A stretch of DNA of 64,000 nt, taken from the IMG/VR virus record IMGVR_UViG_3300042503_000838, positions 32,001 through 96,000 of that record; one strand, given 5' to 3'. Position numbers and translations under genes: made by a program. The first letter of the stretch is position 1. The number at the start of each line of letters is the position of its first letter. The notes under the pieces were generated by a model. That model searched no databases. It was given only the letters and a program-made list of their open reading frames with translations, and was not told where the DNA came from. Source of the DNA: a virus. Positions 17,917 to 27,415 of the stretch are shown one piece after another.

Positions 17917-18218
17917 AGATCGTCTTCTTCCTCGTCCTCGTCGTCGTATATACATGCGGCGGCGAGTTCTGCTAGCTCCAGGTCTGTTGGGATATCAAAA
18001 TCAATCTCAATATTTTCAGACGCCATGATCTCTTTGACCGCATACCACTCCATCAGGCGTTGATGGTAGAGGTTCAACAGGGCTGCGTACAGATCATCCC
18101 ATGTCATTTCTTGAGCAGCAAGCTCAGCTTTGCGCATGGAGAACTGAAGCTCTAAGGGAAGTTCAAATTCCCGTGGTTCAACTGAACGCTCCATTCGGCT
18201 GTTCATGCTTTCTTTCAT
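17904..18218 (-). CDS. nblA: NblA-like protein with acidic C-terminal extension (true start probably 18206 or 18194)
   Basis: ELPLELQFSMRKAELAAQEMTWDDLYAALLNLYHQRLME aligns by eye to NblA LSLEQQF...MS.EQ...L..LY.Q.M; a TAGAAT box at 18221-18226 argues for a downstream start. Confidence 0.6.
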   Translation of the reverse strand: MKESMNSRMERSVEPREFELPLELQFSMRKAELAAQEMTWDDLYAALLNLYHQRLMEWYAVKEIMASENIEIDFDIPTDLELAELAAACIYDDEDEEEDDLQPF

Positions 18219-18229
18219 TTATTCTAAGC

Positions 18230-18913
18230 CTAGCTGCTAAAGACAGAATCGTAGTCCTTTGCAGGATTGTCTAACCATTGGTTGCTGCCACTGCAAAACT
18301 CATTAGCAAATTCAGAAAGGATATAAGGACTGATCCGTTCTTCCAGCTTCCGAATCGCGTTGATTTCATGCTGAGAAGCTGAATAATTCCTAAAAGCGCC
18401 AAGGAGGATTTCACTAGAGGGCCAAGGGTGTTCATCCAGGTCTTCCAGGAACAAATTGATTTCTTCCCTGCGTCGGTCCAGGAGGTTGCCAACGACGTGA
18501 TGGTCGGCATCAAAAATCCATTGGCCCATCTCTTCTGTTGCCGCACAGAAGTCTTCGTTTTCAACGCAGTCAATTACGTGACTGTAAAGGAAAGGCTCCC
18601 AGCCAATCGAATGAATGAACGAAATCAATGCCTGACGCATCACGCTGTCAAGGCCAAGGTTTAATTTATCTAACTGCGTTTCAATAATACTGACTTCATT
18701 GAATAGATATTCCAGTGCTTTTTCCATGGTACAGAACTGCCCACGTCTAACGGCAGATCCATCTGGGTAGAATTGAGTTCCGTATCCAATTGTGTAAGGT
18801 TCTGCGCCCGTAATCGGATCTGGGTAGGCTTTTTCGTTAAAGCCCTCGTACTTGCGGATTAAGTTAATCGCACGAGAAAGATCTGACATGGGAGCAACTA
18901 TTGTTACTCCCAA
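18230..18913 (-). CDS. Phage lysozyme (GH24 muramidase) with C-terminal extension
   Basis: LIRKYEG...AYPD....YTIGYG; L..RRREE motif. Confidence 0.85.
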   Translation of the reverse strand: MGVTIVAPMSDLSRAINLIRKYEGFNEKAYPDPITGAEPYTIGYGTQFYPDGSAVRRGQFCTMEKALEYLFNEVSIIETQLDKLNLGLDSVMRQALISFIHSIGWEPFLYSHVIDCVENEDFCAATEEMGQWIFDADHHVVGNLLDRRREEINLFLEDLDEHPWPSSEILLGAFRNYSASQHEINAIRKLEERISPYILSEFANEFCSGSNQWLDNPAKDYDSVFSS

Positions 18914-18924
18914 TCATACACAAT

Positions 18925-19050
18925 TTACTTACCTTGCCCGCGCATCTTTTTGCGTCCATGGCTAGGCAGTGAGTTCTGCCCCTGACCTTGGCGAGTTTTC
19001 TTGGGTTTGGACTCAGGCTTGAGAGCTAGGCTGGACTTGGGTTTTGCCAC
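18925..19050 (-). CDS. 41-aa basic peptide ending RGQGK (GTG start)
   Basis: Manual translation MAKPKSSLALKPESKPKKTRQGQGQNSLPSHGRKKMRGQGK. Confidence 0.7.
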   Translation of the reverse strand: MAKPKSSLALKPESKPKKTRQGQGQNSLPSHGRKKMRGQGK

Positions 19051-19086
19051 TTGGATTTGAGTGAGGCATTGAAAGCTTAGCGCGTA

Positions 19087-19359
19087 TCACCAGGCTTTGC
19101 ACGACCAGTAACCAGCTGTCAACTTGCTCTTGGGCTCGTCACAGTTGTGTCTTGCGCGAAAATTTTTACGTCGCTCTGGATTGTCTCGTTTAATTTCCAT
19201 ATTGGCATCGCCAAAACGTACAATTTTTTCTTGCCCATTTTCGCACGCCTTTACAACAGATTTTTTACCGCCTTGAATATCGCGACGAGGCTTATTGCAG
19301 GCCATTGAATCTTTATGTAACTTAGAGGCGGAGGCTGCCTTTTTACGCTTGTCTGACAT
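19087..19359 (-). CDS. Conserved phage hypothetical (RRKNFRARHNC...AGYWSCKAW)
   Basis: Recognisable recurring phage motif. Confidence 0.75.
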   Translation of the reverse strand: MSDKRKKAASASKLHKDSMACNKPRRDIQGGKKSVVKACENGQEKIVRFGDANMEIKRDNPERRKNFRARHNCDEPKSKLTAGYWSCKAW

Positions 19360-22025
19360 TAGAGACCCTTAAACATGGATGTGAACTCACCGAGAATCTG
19401 ACTACCTGTTTTGGACTTGTAGTCTTCATCTTCGTCGTCATCTAATCCCAGTTTAAAATAACTATCCATATCGGTATCTCGCGTTGTCTTGGTTCCTTCT
19501 TCAGATGAGGAATCTTCACCAAAGAAGCTTTCAATAGTTCCAAGGGAGGCGAAGGGATCGCTCATGTCTAATCCTTGTATCTTGAGTGCTGAATCAGAGC
19601 CTGCTTTTGTTAGTAACGTTTGCTCAGAGCGGTCTAGATCAGGGAAAAACTTTTCGTAAAATTCATCCTCTGTGCCCTGGTAACCAGCAGACTGAAATGT
19701 TTTATACAGCTCGGTAGATGGTTTTGCCTGCTGATCTTTATAGTCTTCAGGGCGCTCAATGTAAGTCAAGCCAAGTATTTCTTGTGTCGGTTTCTTGCGC
19801 TTTTCATTTAAGTACTTTAGTTCTTCCCTAATTTTTTGTGCGGATCCAGTGCGCAGTGTCTCCGTTACGTACTCTTTAAGCTCATCAATTGTGCCCTTGA
19901 AGTCGGTAATACCGTATCGTTGAAGAACCTCATCCCAAGACTCTTTGTCTGCTGGATCCAGGCCCTTCAGTAATTCGTCGGTAAACTCTTCTGGGGTCAC
20001 AAACTGACCAAAAACAGTGCCTTGTTTCAAAGCTTCTTCTTTAAGAGCCGGAAGAATTTTTGAGTAGATCTCATCTTGTACCTTGCCAGCGTTGAGAATG
20101 TCTTCTGCCCCGTCGTAACCACGTCCCTGGCCCTTGACTTGGAAATGCATACGTGCAAAGGCGTCCTTGTTGTTAAGGTCCACGCCAAAACGATATGCCT
20201 GCTGCGCCCAGTACGCATCGCCCTTCTTGGCAGACTCCCAGTCAGAGGCTACGGTTGCCGCTTGTTCTGTGTAGTTGGAAGTCCTTGCCTTGTCTCCCGT
20301 TGGATTGAAGTAAAAGTCTGAGTTGAAGTAACGATCAGAAGATGCCTTTAACTGGTCCAAGTACATCTGCGCTCTTAAGTTTGCAACTTGATTTGTTGCG
20401 TTTAAGATGTCCTGCGTCTGGAATGGGTTTTGCTCTTCTTGACGCACGTCCAAGTATTCAACAAACTCGTCCATTGAACGCGAGGTGTTGAACCGCGGCG
20501 TCAAGTATTTATCAATAAAATTACGAGCAAAATCTGCTTGTATCTTTACGTTTTCCTTGGCTTCTCCTGCTGTGTAACCAAGCTCCACATCTTGTTCATA
20601 TTTTTTCTTAAGTGTTTCGTCGAACCATTGTTGCCAGTTGTACGTAACGTTGTTCTTTACGCCTGTGATATTTTGCAGGCTTTTCTCCAGGGACTCCTCG
20701 GCTTTGCCTCCTGACATAAAAGAAAGCATGCCACCAACCCCAGAGTCGCCCATGATGCTGTTAGTAAGCTCCTTGTTGATGTCCATGACCTCACTAAAGC
20801 CACCAAATCCTCCCAAAAGACTGAGCATTTGCTCTTTGCCTTTTGCTTTCTTCATTTCCTCAATGGTTGTTTTTAATGCGTCTTGCGTCAACGCCCCAAA
20901 CCGCTTGACATCAACTGTTGCTTTTTCGCCAACAGCTTGATTGATTGCGTCCTCTAATTCCGTTACGCCATAACCAGCATTTACGTTGTATTGCAAACTT
21001 ACTTGCTTGTCTTCTGGACGCTCAGACAACCTAAATAACGCTGTAAATTCATCGGGCTTATCTGGGTTTAGATATTTTTCTTTTGCCTGTTGCGCCCAAT
21101 ATGGATCTCCGTTTTTAGCCTTCTCCCACTCAGTTGCAATTGCTGGAATATTAAGCAGGCGTTGAGTTTGTGAAGTTGTGTCCACGCCCAATTGAAGATT
21201 TCTTACCTGCTGTAAATCCGCATCCGTAGGTTTCTTTTCTGTATACGCAAGAGCAGCAGATGTTTGCTCTGGAGCATTACCCCTTAATCCCGATGCTTTG
21301 CCTTGAGAAGTGTAGTGCTGCAGGTAATAACCATTCTCGCCATATCGTTGCGTGATATCAATATCGTCATTTGCTACTGCAGCTTGCCAGGCAGCTGCAA
21401 CTGCTGGGTTTTGTTGCTTGTAGTACTTAGGGTCAAATTCACCATATTGGGGCTTGGCTCCAAGTGCTGGATTCCATTGTTGTAGTTTTTCTATTTGATA
21501 AAAAGCTTTGTAGTAATTCTCCAGGTTATTTTTTGTTGTTGCATCTAAATCTAACTTGCGAATTTGATCACGCATTTGAACGTAGTCACCGCCTCTTGTT
21601 GTGCTAGCCAAGGAGACAACAGAGTTGTACGCATTATTTTTTTTCTGAGCGGCTGCGTTAAATTCAGCACCTTGTTGATTTAAAGATTGGTTGTATTGGT
21701 TGGTTTGACGAGCTCCCTCCTGCGCTTGTTTTAATGCATTCTCCGCCTCCCAAGGCTGCGGATTAGGTATGCCTGCTGCATTAAGAGCATTGATTACATC
21801 CCAATATCCGCCATCTACATTAACTGTTGCCGTTTTTTTTACCTGGACAGGCACCATGGCGTAGTAAGTCTGTCCTTTGATTGTGTATGGTGTTTGACTT
21901 CTCTCATATGTCCAAACATCTCTTGTAATGGAAACAGTATTTGTCATGGGCCGATTAGTTTGATAATCGGCTTTTTCAGGTACTAAATCCCACTTTTTTC
22001 TGGAGGGGTCATACGAGAGTCCCAT
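19359..22025 (-). CDS. Large (888 aa) putative virion / internal protein with duplicated W..AK.GD.YWAQQA module
   Basis: ORF track; internal repeat seen in the translation. Confidence 0.7.
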   Translation of the reverse strand: MGLSYDPSRKKWDLVPEKADYQTNRPMTNTVSITRDVWTYERSQTPYTIKGQTYYAMVPVQVKKTATVNVDGGYWDVINALNAAGIPNPQPWEAENALKQAQEGARQTNQYNQSLNQQGAEFNAAAQKKNNAYNSVVSLASTTRGGDYVQMRDQIRKLDLDATTKNNLENYYKAFYQIEKLQQWNPALGAKPQYGEFDPKYYKQQNPAVAAAWQAAVANDDIDITQRYGENGYYLQHYTSQGKASGLRGNAPEQTSAALAYTEKKPTDADLQQVRNLQLGVDTTSQTQRLLNIPAIATEWEKAKNGDPYWAQQAKEKYLNPDKPDEFTALFRLSERPEDKQVSLQYNVNAGYGVTELEDAINQAVGEKATVDVKRFGALTQDALKTTIEEMKKAKGKEQMLSLLGGFGGFSEVMDINKELTNSIMGDSGVGGMLSFMSGGKAEESLEKSLQNITGVKNNVTYNWQQWFDETLKKKYEQDVELGYTAGEAKENVKIQADFARNFIDKYLTPRFNTSRSMDEFVEYLDVRQEEQNPFQTQDILNATNQVANLRAQMYLDQLKASSDRYFNSDFYFNPTGDKARTSNYTEQAATVASDWESAKKGDAYWAQQAYRFGVDLNNKDAFARMHFQVKGQGRGYDGAEDILNAGKVQDEIYSKILPALKEEALKQGTVFGQFVTPEEFTDELLKGLDPADKESWDEVLQRYGITDFKGTIDELKEYVTETLRTGSAQKIREELKYLNEKRKKPTQEILGLTYIERPEDYKDQQAKPSTELYKTFQSAGYQGTEDEFYEKFFPDLDRSEQTLLTKAGSDSALKIQGLDMSDPFASLGTIESFFGEDSSSEEGTKTTRDTDMDSYFKLGLDDDEDEDYKSKTGSQILGEFTSMFKGL

Positions 22026-22026
22026 G

Positions 22027-22389
22027 TCAAACAGCTGCCGATAACGTGTCTACCTGATAAACAAAAACATCAATAGGTTCTTGTTTCATCCAGGAGTTGA
22101 TTCTATCCATCTTAGCTTGTGTAAAAAATTCTTGTTTTTCAAACCACTCATTCACCTTGGTACTAGCCTTGGAAGTATTGCACCTGCGACATGCAGGCAC
22201 AAGATTATTTCTATTGCTAGACCCAGACTTAAACCTTGGGATTATGTGGTCCAGGGAAGTGGCAACTTCTTCGCAATAAGCACATCTTGAATCCCAGGCA
22301 TCGTATATAGATTGGCGGTAACGTTTTTTTGCTAGCTTCGGAGTTAATTCAATGAGCAGGGCGAGGGGTTCCTGTTCGCAATTGAACAT
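22027..22389 (-). CDS. HNH endonuclease
   Basis: CAYCEE..TSLDHIIP...G...NNLVPACRRCN. Confidence 0.85.
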   Translation of the reverse strand: MFNCEQEPLALLIELTPKLAKKRYRQSIYDAWDSRCAYCEEVATSLDHIIPRFKSGSSNRNNLVPACRRCNTSKASTKVNEWFEKQEFFTQAKMDRINSWMKQEPIDVFVYQVDTLSAAV

Positions 22390-22524
22390 GCTCTTGTGTA
22401 CTGTTAACCTATTTTAATTTCACCTCACTTTTCGAAGAGAAAATAAAGAGATAAAAACTTTATTAAACCTGTTGACGCCCTCTTGACGGCTGATAAGCTT
22501 GTGACGTAGACAGCTTCTCAAGCC

Positions 22525-22743
22525 ATGGCTAAGCACCCTGGATGGGTCTCCGCGCAACGTGTGGAAGAACTCCTCGGTATTGACCGCAAGACCCTCTTCC
22601 AGTACCGCGACGACGGCACTCTGAAGCTTGGTACACACTACGCTGCTTTTCCTGAGACACGCTCTAGGGATAGCTATCGCTGGAACGTTACCGCTGTTCG
22701 CAAGCAGTTAACAAAAACAAAAGCCCTTGTCATTGCAAGCTAA
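22525..22743 (+). CDS. Small HTH (MerR/excisionase-like) protein
   Basis: WVSAQRVEELLGIDRKTLFQYRDDG.LK.GTHY. Confidence 0.7.
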   Translation: MAKHPGWVSAQRVEELLGIDRKTLFQYRDDGTLKLGTHYAAFPETRSRDSYRWNVTAVRKQLTKTKALVIAS

Positions 22744-22759
22744 GCAAACCAATGATAAC

Positions 22760-22780
22760 AAGCCCCCGAGGGGGCTTTTA
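22760..22780. terminator. Probable bidirectional terminator between convergent genes
   Basis: AAGCCCC-CGAG-GGGGCTTTT. Confidence 0.7.
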
Positions 22781-23011
22781 TTGTGGCAACAAATCTTGTG
22801 AGTATGCCTCCCAGGCGAGTCCTACGGCTTCCATTGAAGACAGTTCGGTTATTTGGTAAGGCAAATAAACAACATCACCTGTCTTGTAAACGGTAGGGGA
22901 CCCTTCGTAAGACACTTCACTAAATCCATACTGGCGACGATCTAGCTCAGCTTGCGAAGCTGGTTTAGTTGAGTCAACAACGTCGCCAAAGTTAATGTTT
23001 GTATCAGTCAT
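22778..23011 (-). CDS. Hypothetical protein
   Basis: ORF track; coupled to the upstream glycosyltransferase. Confidence 0.6.
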   Translation of the reverse strand: MTDTNINFGDVVDSTKPASQAELDRRQYGFSEVSYEGSPTVYKTGDVVYLPYQITELSSMEAVGLAWEAYSQDLLPQ

Positions 23012-24617
23012 CTTTTTTGTATATCAAAAGATTTTGAGTGAACCAACCCATGTGATACCCGTTCTTAATGTATTCTAAAAGAGTGTTTTCTATGTTGAAC
23101 TCCCTCGTCAAGCCTGTGCTGCTAAAAAGATTATCCCAATAGTTTTTTGTTTGGCAATTAATGTGACCGACGCCTCCCTGTCCCGGTGAAGCCGCTGTCC
23201 ATATCAATATGCCGCCAGGTTCCAAAAAGCTTGTCATTGCTTCTACAATTTGCTGATTGCTACTACTGTCAATATGCTCTGCTACCTCCATGCAAAGAAC
23301 AACATCACCAGTATCTTTTACATCAAACAAACTTTGACAAATAAGATTTGGACTTCCATTAACACGAGTGTCCGAGTCATAACCTATTGCATTGACCCCA
23401 AGATCCTGGAAGCAATTGACGTAAGTACCTGGACCGCAGCCAATATCCAAAAGTTTTGTTGGGCGTAGATTATCGGCAATCCATTTTGTTAAACGCTTGG
23501 CAAAAGGAAGTTCTTCATAGTGTAAATGCGTGTAGTTAATCACATCTGTTTCACGTAACTGGTACCAACCTTTCTTGTTAAGGTTGTTGATGTCTTTGAA
23601 TATTTTGTCGTACTTTTTGCCACATGTCTCTAAGCTGTAGCGCATCCTTGCAGTGTTAGCGACTGTAACTCTATTAAGATTTCCTGCATTATGGATAGCA
23701 TCAATCCAGTCTTGTAATGTGTGACAACGAAAACCAGTGACGCCATCGACAATGGTTTCAGTAAATGCTCCATAATCAACAGCAATTAGCGGAGTTCCAC
23801 ACATCATTGCCTCTACTCCGCTACCTGCAAATGGCTCGGTAAAGTTTGTCGGCATCAATGCAGCTCTTGCGTTGCGTAAAAAATCAGAACGTGCTTTGCC
23901 AGTAATAGGTCCACGATATTCAATATTAGGGTGCTCCCAGGGAGTTGGATCACCTTGCCCATGAAGGACAATAGGCCAAGGACTGTAGTTTGCAATTTCT
24001 TTAATTGTATCCATCCCCTTGGCTGAACAAATACGTCCCAAGAAAGCAAGGTATTTTCCTGGTTTGTAGGATGGTTGCCACTCATCTAGGTCAAAGTAGT
24101 TAGGAATAACCCATTCGTAGTTCTTGCCTTGACGTTTTTCTTGACCTTGATGGTAGTGCATCCAAGCGTAGCTTTCAAAGATTCGAAAACTATTTGGCAT
24201 CAATGTAGGATAACCAATGCCTGTTTCTACGTGTTGATGCAAAGGAAACTTGTCCATCAATACTTGATGGGCATGTCCAAACGGATGGCAAATTATGTCT
24301 TCTTTTTGTAAACGTTTACGCAGCTCGACGATAAGACGTTCTTCAAATAGTTGGTGTCCCTTGCTTCCTACTGTGGCGTCATCACCATGAAAGTCAGTAT
24401 CCTTACGGCTTCCATAAAGCTCGCTAAATTCATCCAAGGTCAGGATGGGTACGTGCTCTGTGGCGCCTGCTTCACTTCCTTCATTGCTGTATTCAATTAC
24501 TTCATAACCTTGCGCCTGCATCATACGAGGAAAACGTAAAGCCTTACCTGTAAAAGCACAATGAGAAAATGCAGCTGTTGCTTGGGTATGGAAAATACCA
24601 ACCAAGTGAAGACGCAT
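23004..24617 (-). CDS. GT-B (GT4-like) glycosyltransferase fused to a class I SAM-dependent methyltransferase
   Basis: YLAFLGRI...KG, EPFAGSGVEAMMCGTPLI (GT4 ExF...E motif); LLDIGCGPG and DVVLCMEVAEHI (MTase). Confidence 0.88.
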   Translation of the reverse strand: MRLHLVGIFHTQATAAFSHCAFTGKALRFPRMMQAQGYEVIEYSNEGSEAGATEHVPILTLDEFSELYGSRKDTDFHGDDATVGSKGHQLFEERLIVELRKRLQKEDIICHPFGHAHQVLMDKFPLHQHVETGIGYPTLMPNSFRIFESYAWMHYHQGQEKRQGKNYEWVIPNYFDLDEWQPSYKPGKYLAFLGRICSAKGMDTIKEIANYSPWPIVLHGQGDPTPWEHPNIEYRGPITGKARSDFLRNARAALMPTNFTEPFAGSGVEAMMCGTPLIAVDYGAFTETIVDGVTGFRCHTLQDWIDAIHNAGNLNRVTVANTARMRYSLETCGKKYDKIFKDINNLNKKGWYQLRETDVINYTHLHYEELPFAKRLTKWIADNLRPTKLLDIGCGPGTYVNCFQDLGVNAIGYDSDTRVNGSPNLICQSLFDVKDTGDVVLCMEVAEHIDSSSNQQIVEAMTSFLEPGGILIWTAASPGQGGVGHINCQTKNYWDNLFSSTGLTREFNIENTLLEYIKNGYHMGWFTQNLLIYKKDD

Positions 24618-24681
24618 AGGTTGCTAATCGGTCAACCAAGTATAGCGTTAGACCTTAAAGCTGCATTTGGTTGTTTTGTGC

Positions 24682-24957
24682 TTAGCTATCCACCGCGGCA
24701 GCGTATTCGGGCTGCGCCTTGAGCCAGACGTAGGCGATGGCTAGGGGATTGGTGCCGGGCTGCAGTTCAGCGGTGGGCGCCGTGAAGGTGCGGTCATAGA
24801 CCGGCTGAGCATTGGCGTGCCGTGCCTCAGCGCTGGCGTAATGCGACACCTGCATGAGCATATGCTCCTTGTCACACCGCAGCAGGGTGATGCAGGCGTA
24901 GGTATCGGGCAGCGGGATGCCGATGTTGGTTTCGTTGAGCGAAATAGACAGGGCCAT
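24682..24957 (-). CDS. Small tail-associated hypothetical protein
   Basis: ORF track; AY.WLK.QPEYA.AVD pattern; follows a fibre gene. Confidence 0.65.
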   Translation of the reverse strand: MALSISLNETNIGIPLPDTYACITLLRCDKEHMLMQVSHYASAEARHANAQPVYDRTFTAPTAELQPGTNPLAIAYVWLKAQPEYAAAVDS

Positions 24958-26048
24958 TAGAAGGTCATCTCAGTGGTGTCGATGCGGCAGACCCACCTGA
25001 TCGTGGTGGCCGCTGCACCAGTGACGGTGATGGTGATGCAGCCGATGGCGGTATTTGCTGTGACGGCGACAACCCACGTAGCAGCGCCAGCATCGAAATG
25101 CGTCATGGTGACCGTAGGCGTGCCGACCATCACTGTGGATGCGGCGTTAGCACCACGCTTGATGGCGCCGTTGATGGTCCAGCGGGCTGTGTTGCCGCCG
25201 CCGGTCACGCCAGCAATCACTTCACCAGAGAAGCTGTAGGCGCTGTTATTGGGCAGGGTGACTTGGTTGCTGAAGTTGGCTGCGCTGCTGTTGCTGGCGA
25301 GGACTGTGGCGGTGGCGTCGGTAGTTTGACGGCCAAGGATTAGCAAGGCAGTTTGACTGGCGCCTGAAATCGATGCGACTGGCGAATTGCACGCGGGCAA
25401 TACGTGATTGCCAATGATACTTCGTGTGGTACCGCGGCGTCCACCGGCAATAAAGGAATAAGCTGAGTTTGCTGTATTGGACTCTCCGCCAGCAACAGTA
25501 GCACTTGAGTCACTGGCGGTGTTGCTAACACCTCCTCCAACGACCGAATAGCCGCCACTTGCAATGTTGTTTTGCCCCCCACACACCGTTGCGTGGCCGG
25601 CGGTGGCGCCGTTGGTTTGGCCGCCACCTACGAAGCCGTGACCGCTATTGGCAAAATTGTCTCTGCCTGTAGCAACTCCAGAGTAATCGCCAGAAGCGAC
25701 ATTTAAAAAACCTCCTCCAACGGTGCCCCAGCTGCCACTAGCGCGGTTTCGCTCACCGCCGCCAATGGTTGACGATGGTGCGCTTGCTACGTGGTCGGAA
25801 CTGTTGCGTGACTTCTGCCAATCCGTGGCCCCAGCGCCCCGCTTATTGCCACCCGCCACCGTCCCATCCGGCACCTGCGCCAGCGTTGCGCCTGTGCCCT
25901 TGGCGACCAAGGCGATGTCCGCGTTGGTTGCGCTGATCGTGCCACCGTTGATCTCGGTGACTGGTGTGGTGCTGTTGACGCCATCACTGTCTAGCCGCGC
26001 CAGTAGACGCAGCACCGCAGATGGCCAGCCGATAGGATTCAGGTTCAT
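24957..26048 (-). CDS. Tail fibre / adhesin with Gly-rich 14-aa repeats (N.ASG.YS.VGGG)
   Basis: GGNKRG..ATDWQ..R, repeated N.ASG..S.V.GG units, IRWVCRIDTTEMT C-terminus. Confidence 0.8.
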   Translation of the reverse strand: MNLNPIGWPSAVLRLLARLDSDGVNSTTPVTEINGGTISATNADIALVAKGTGATLAQVPDGTVAGGNKRGAGATDWQKSRNSSDHVASAPSSTIGGGERNRASGSWGTVGGGFLNVASGDYSGVATGRDNFANSGHGFVGGGQTNGATAGHATVCGGQNNIASGGYSVVGGGVSNTASDSSATVAGGESNTANSAYSFIAGGRRGTTRSIIGNHVLPACNSPVASISGASQTALLILGRQTTDATATVLASNSSAANFSNQVTLPNNSAYSFSGEVIAGVTGGGNTARWTINGAIKRGANAASTVMVGTPTVTMTHFDAGAATWVVAVTANTAIGCITITVTGAAATTIRWVCRIDTTEMTF

Positions 26049-26440
26049 GTCAGGTCACCCCCGAACGCTGCAACCCGCACCGTGCCGGTCGTCGGTGCAA
26101 CCGTGATCGTGGCGCCCAGCTTCCATGTCGCGCTTGGTAGCACCAGATCGGTGTAGGCCGTCACCAGGCGGTAGCCCTTGGTGGTGTTGCTACCCGTCAA
26201 AGCGCTAATGGTTACTTGATCGAACAGGTCCCACTGCGTCCCATCGAACAAAAACAGGTTGACCAGTGCCGCCACCGTGGTCGCGGTGCCTTGGACGTTC
26301 ACGCTAAGGATCCGAGTGCCGGCAGATGCGCCAACAAGCAGGTCGCTGATCGTGCCGGTGCCATCGGTGGCGGTGTTCGCTGTGCTCAGCGACAGGCGCC
26401 CGATGCGCGGTGTTGAGATAAAGGCGGGTGATGCAGCCAT
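26045..26440 (-). CDS. Small beta-rich virion protein
   Basis: ORF track; tail cluster context. Confidence 0.65.
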   Translation of the reverse strand: MAASPAFISTPRIGRLSLSTANTATDGTGTISDLLVGASAGTRILSVNVQGTATTVAALVNLFLFDGTQWDLFDQVTISALTGSNTTKGYRLVTAYTDLVLPSATWKLGATITVAPTTGTVRVAAFGGDLT

Positions 26441-26443
26441 AAT

Positions 26444-27376
26444 TTAAATACAAGTAATGTTAAGGAACAGGTTGGCACCAGCTGAACTACCGCCGCCACC
26501 TGCTGGACCTGTGGCGCCAATAGGCCCTGTTGCACCAGTAACACCAACACCAGTAGCACCAGTAGCCCCTGTAATGCCTATTCCCGTAGCACCTGTCGCG
26601 CCGGTAACACCTACACCTGTGGCACCAATAGGTCCAGTAGCCCCCGTAATACCTACTCCTGTTGCGCCAGTAGGACCATCAATACCTGTTGCACCTGTAA
26701 TACCTACACCTGTGGCACCTTGTGAACCCGTGACACCAGTAGCGCCGGTAACACCTACTCCTGTAGCGCCCTGTAGACCTGTGGCGCCAGTAATACCTAT
26801 TCCCGTTGCACCAGTAATGCCTACACCTGTGGCACCTTGTGGACCTGTTGCACCTGTAATGCCTATTCCCGTTGCACCAGTAATGCCTACACCTGTGGCA
26901 CCTGTCGCACCAGTAATACCGACGCCCGTAGCACCAGCGGGACCTGTGACCCCGGTTGGCCCACCAGGATCCCCTTGCGGACCAGTGGCGCCAATCATTG
27001 TATAAACTTTTGCTAGACCACCTATGTCATATACAACCCAATCAGCATTTTCATTGAAAACTAAAGATTCCCCCTGTGCCAGGGAACCTTTCCATAGGGT
27101 AGTAAAACGCGTTCCATCCGTATGGTTAATTGTTAACGTGTTACTTCCTGTAGTTACATCGTTTTTAATAAAAACAGTTCTTACATTTCTTTGTGTTGTG
27201 TTTGCGGAAGGAGGAGGGACAATAGTTGTAGTGGTTGCTAAAGCAATAACGGAATCAAGGCGGCCAGCGGTAACAACCCCGTTATTGTTATCTGCATAAG
27301 ACGCATGCACTTCAATGTTACCAGCTGCACTGGTAATCACCTGCAAAGCATCAAATGTAGAAGTCAGCAGTAACAC
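26444..27376 (-). CDS. Collagen-like (G-X-Y) fibre protein
   Basis: Long GAT/GIT/GPQ triplet run with periodic GV/GI interruptions. Confidence 0.85.
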   Translation of the reverse strand: MLLLTSTFDALQVITSAAGNIEVHASYADNNNGVVTAGRLDSVIALATTTTIVPPPSANTTQRNVRTVFIKNDVTTGSNTLTINHTDGTRFTTLWKGSLAQGESLVFNENADWVVYDIGGLAKVYTMIGATGPQGDPGGPTGVTGPAGATGVGITGATGATGVGITGATGIGITGATGPQGATGVGITGATGIGITGATGLQGATGVGVTGATGVTGSQGATGVGITGATGIDGPTGATGVGITGATGPIGATGVGVTGATGATGIGITGATGATGVGVTGATGPIGATGPAGGGGSSAGANLFLNITCI

Positions 27377-27415
27377 AGATGCGTGGATGCAATACTTTTA
27401 TTTTAATTCAATGTA

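Noticed and set aside
26457-27005. Plus-strand PVAPV-repeat ORF (182 aa)
   Set aside because: Antisense of the GAT/GIT collagen repeat; lack of stops follows from the repeat codons.
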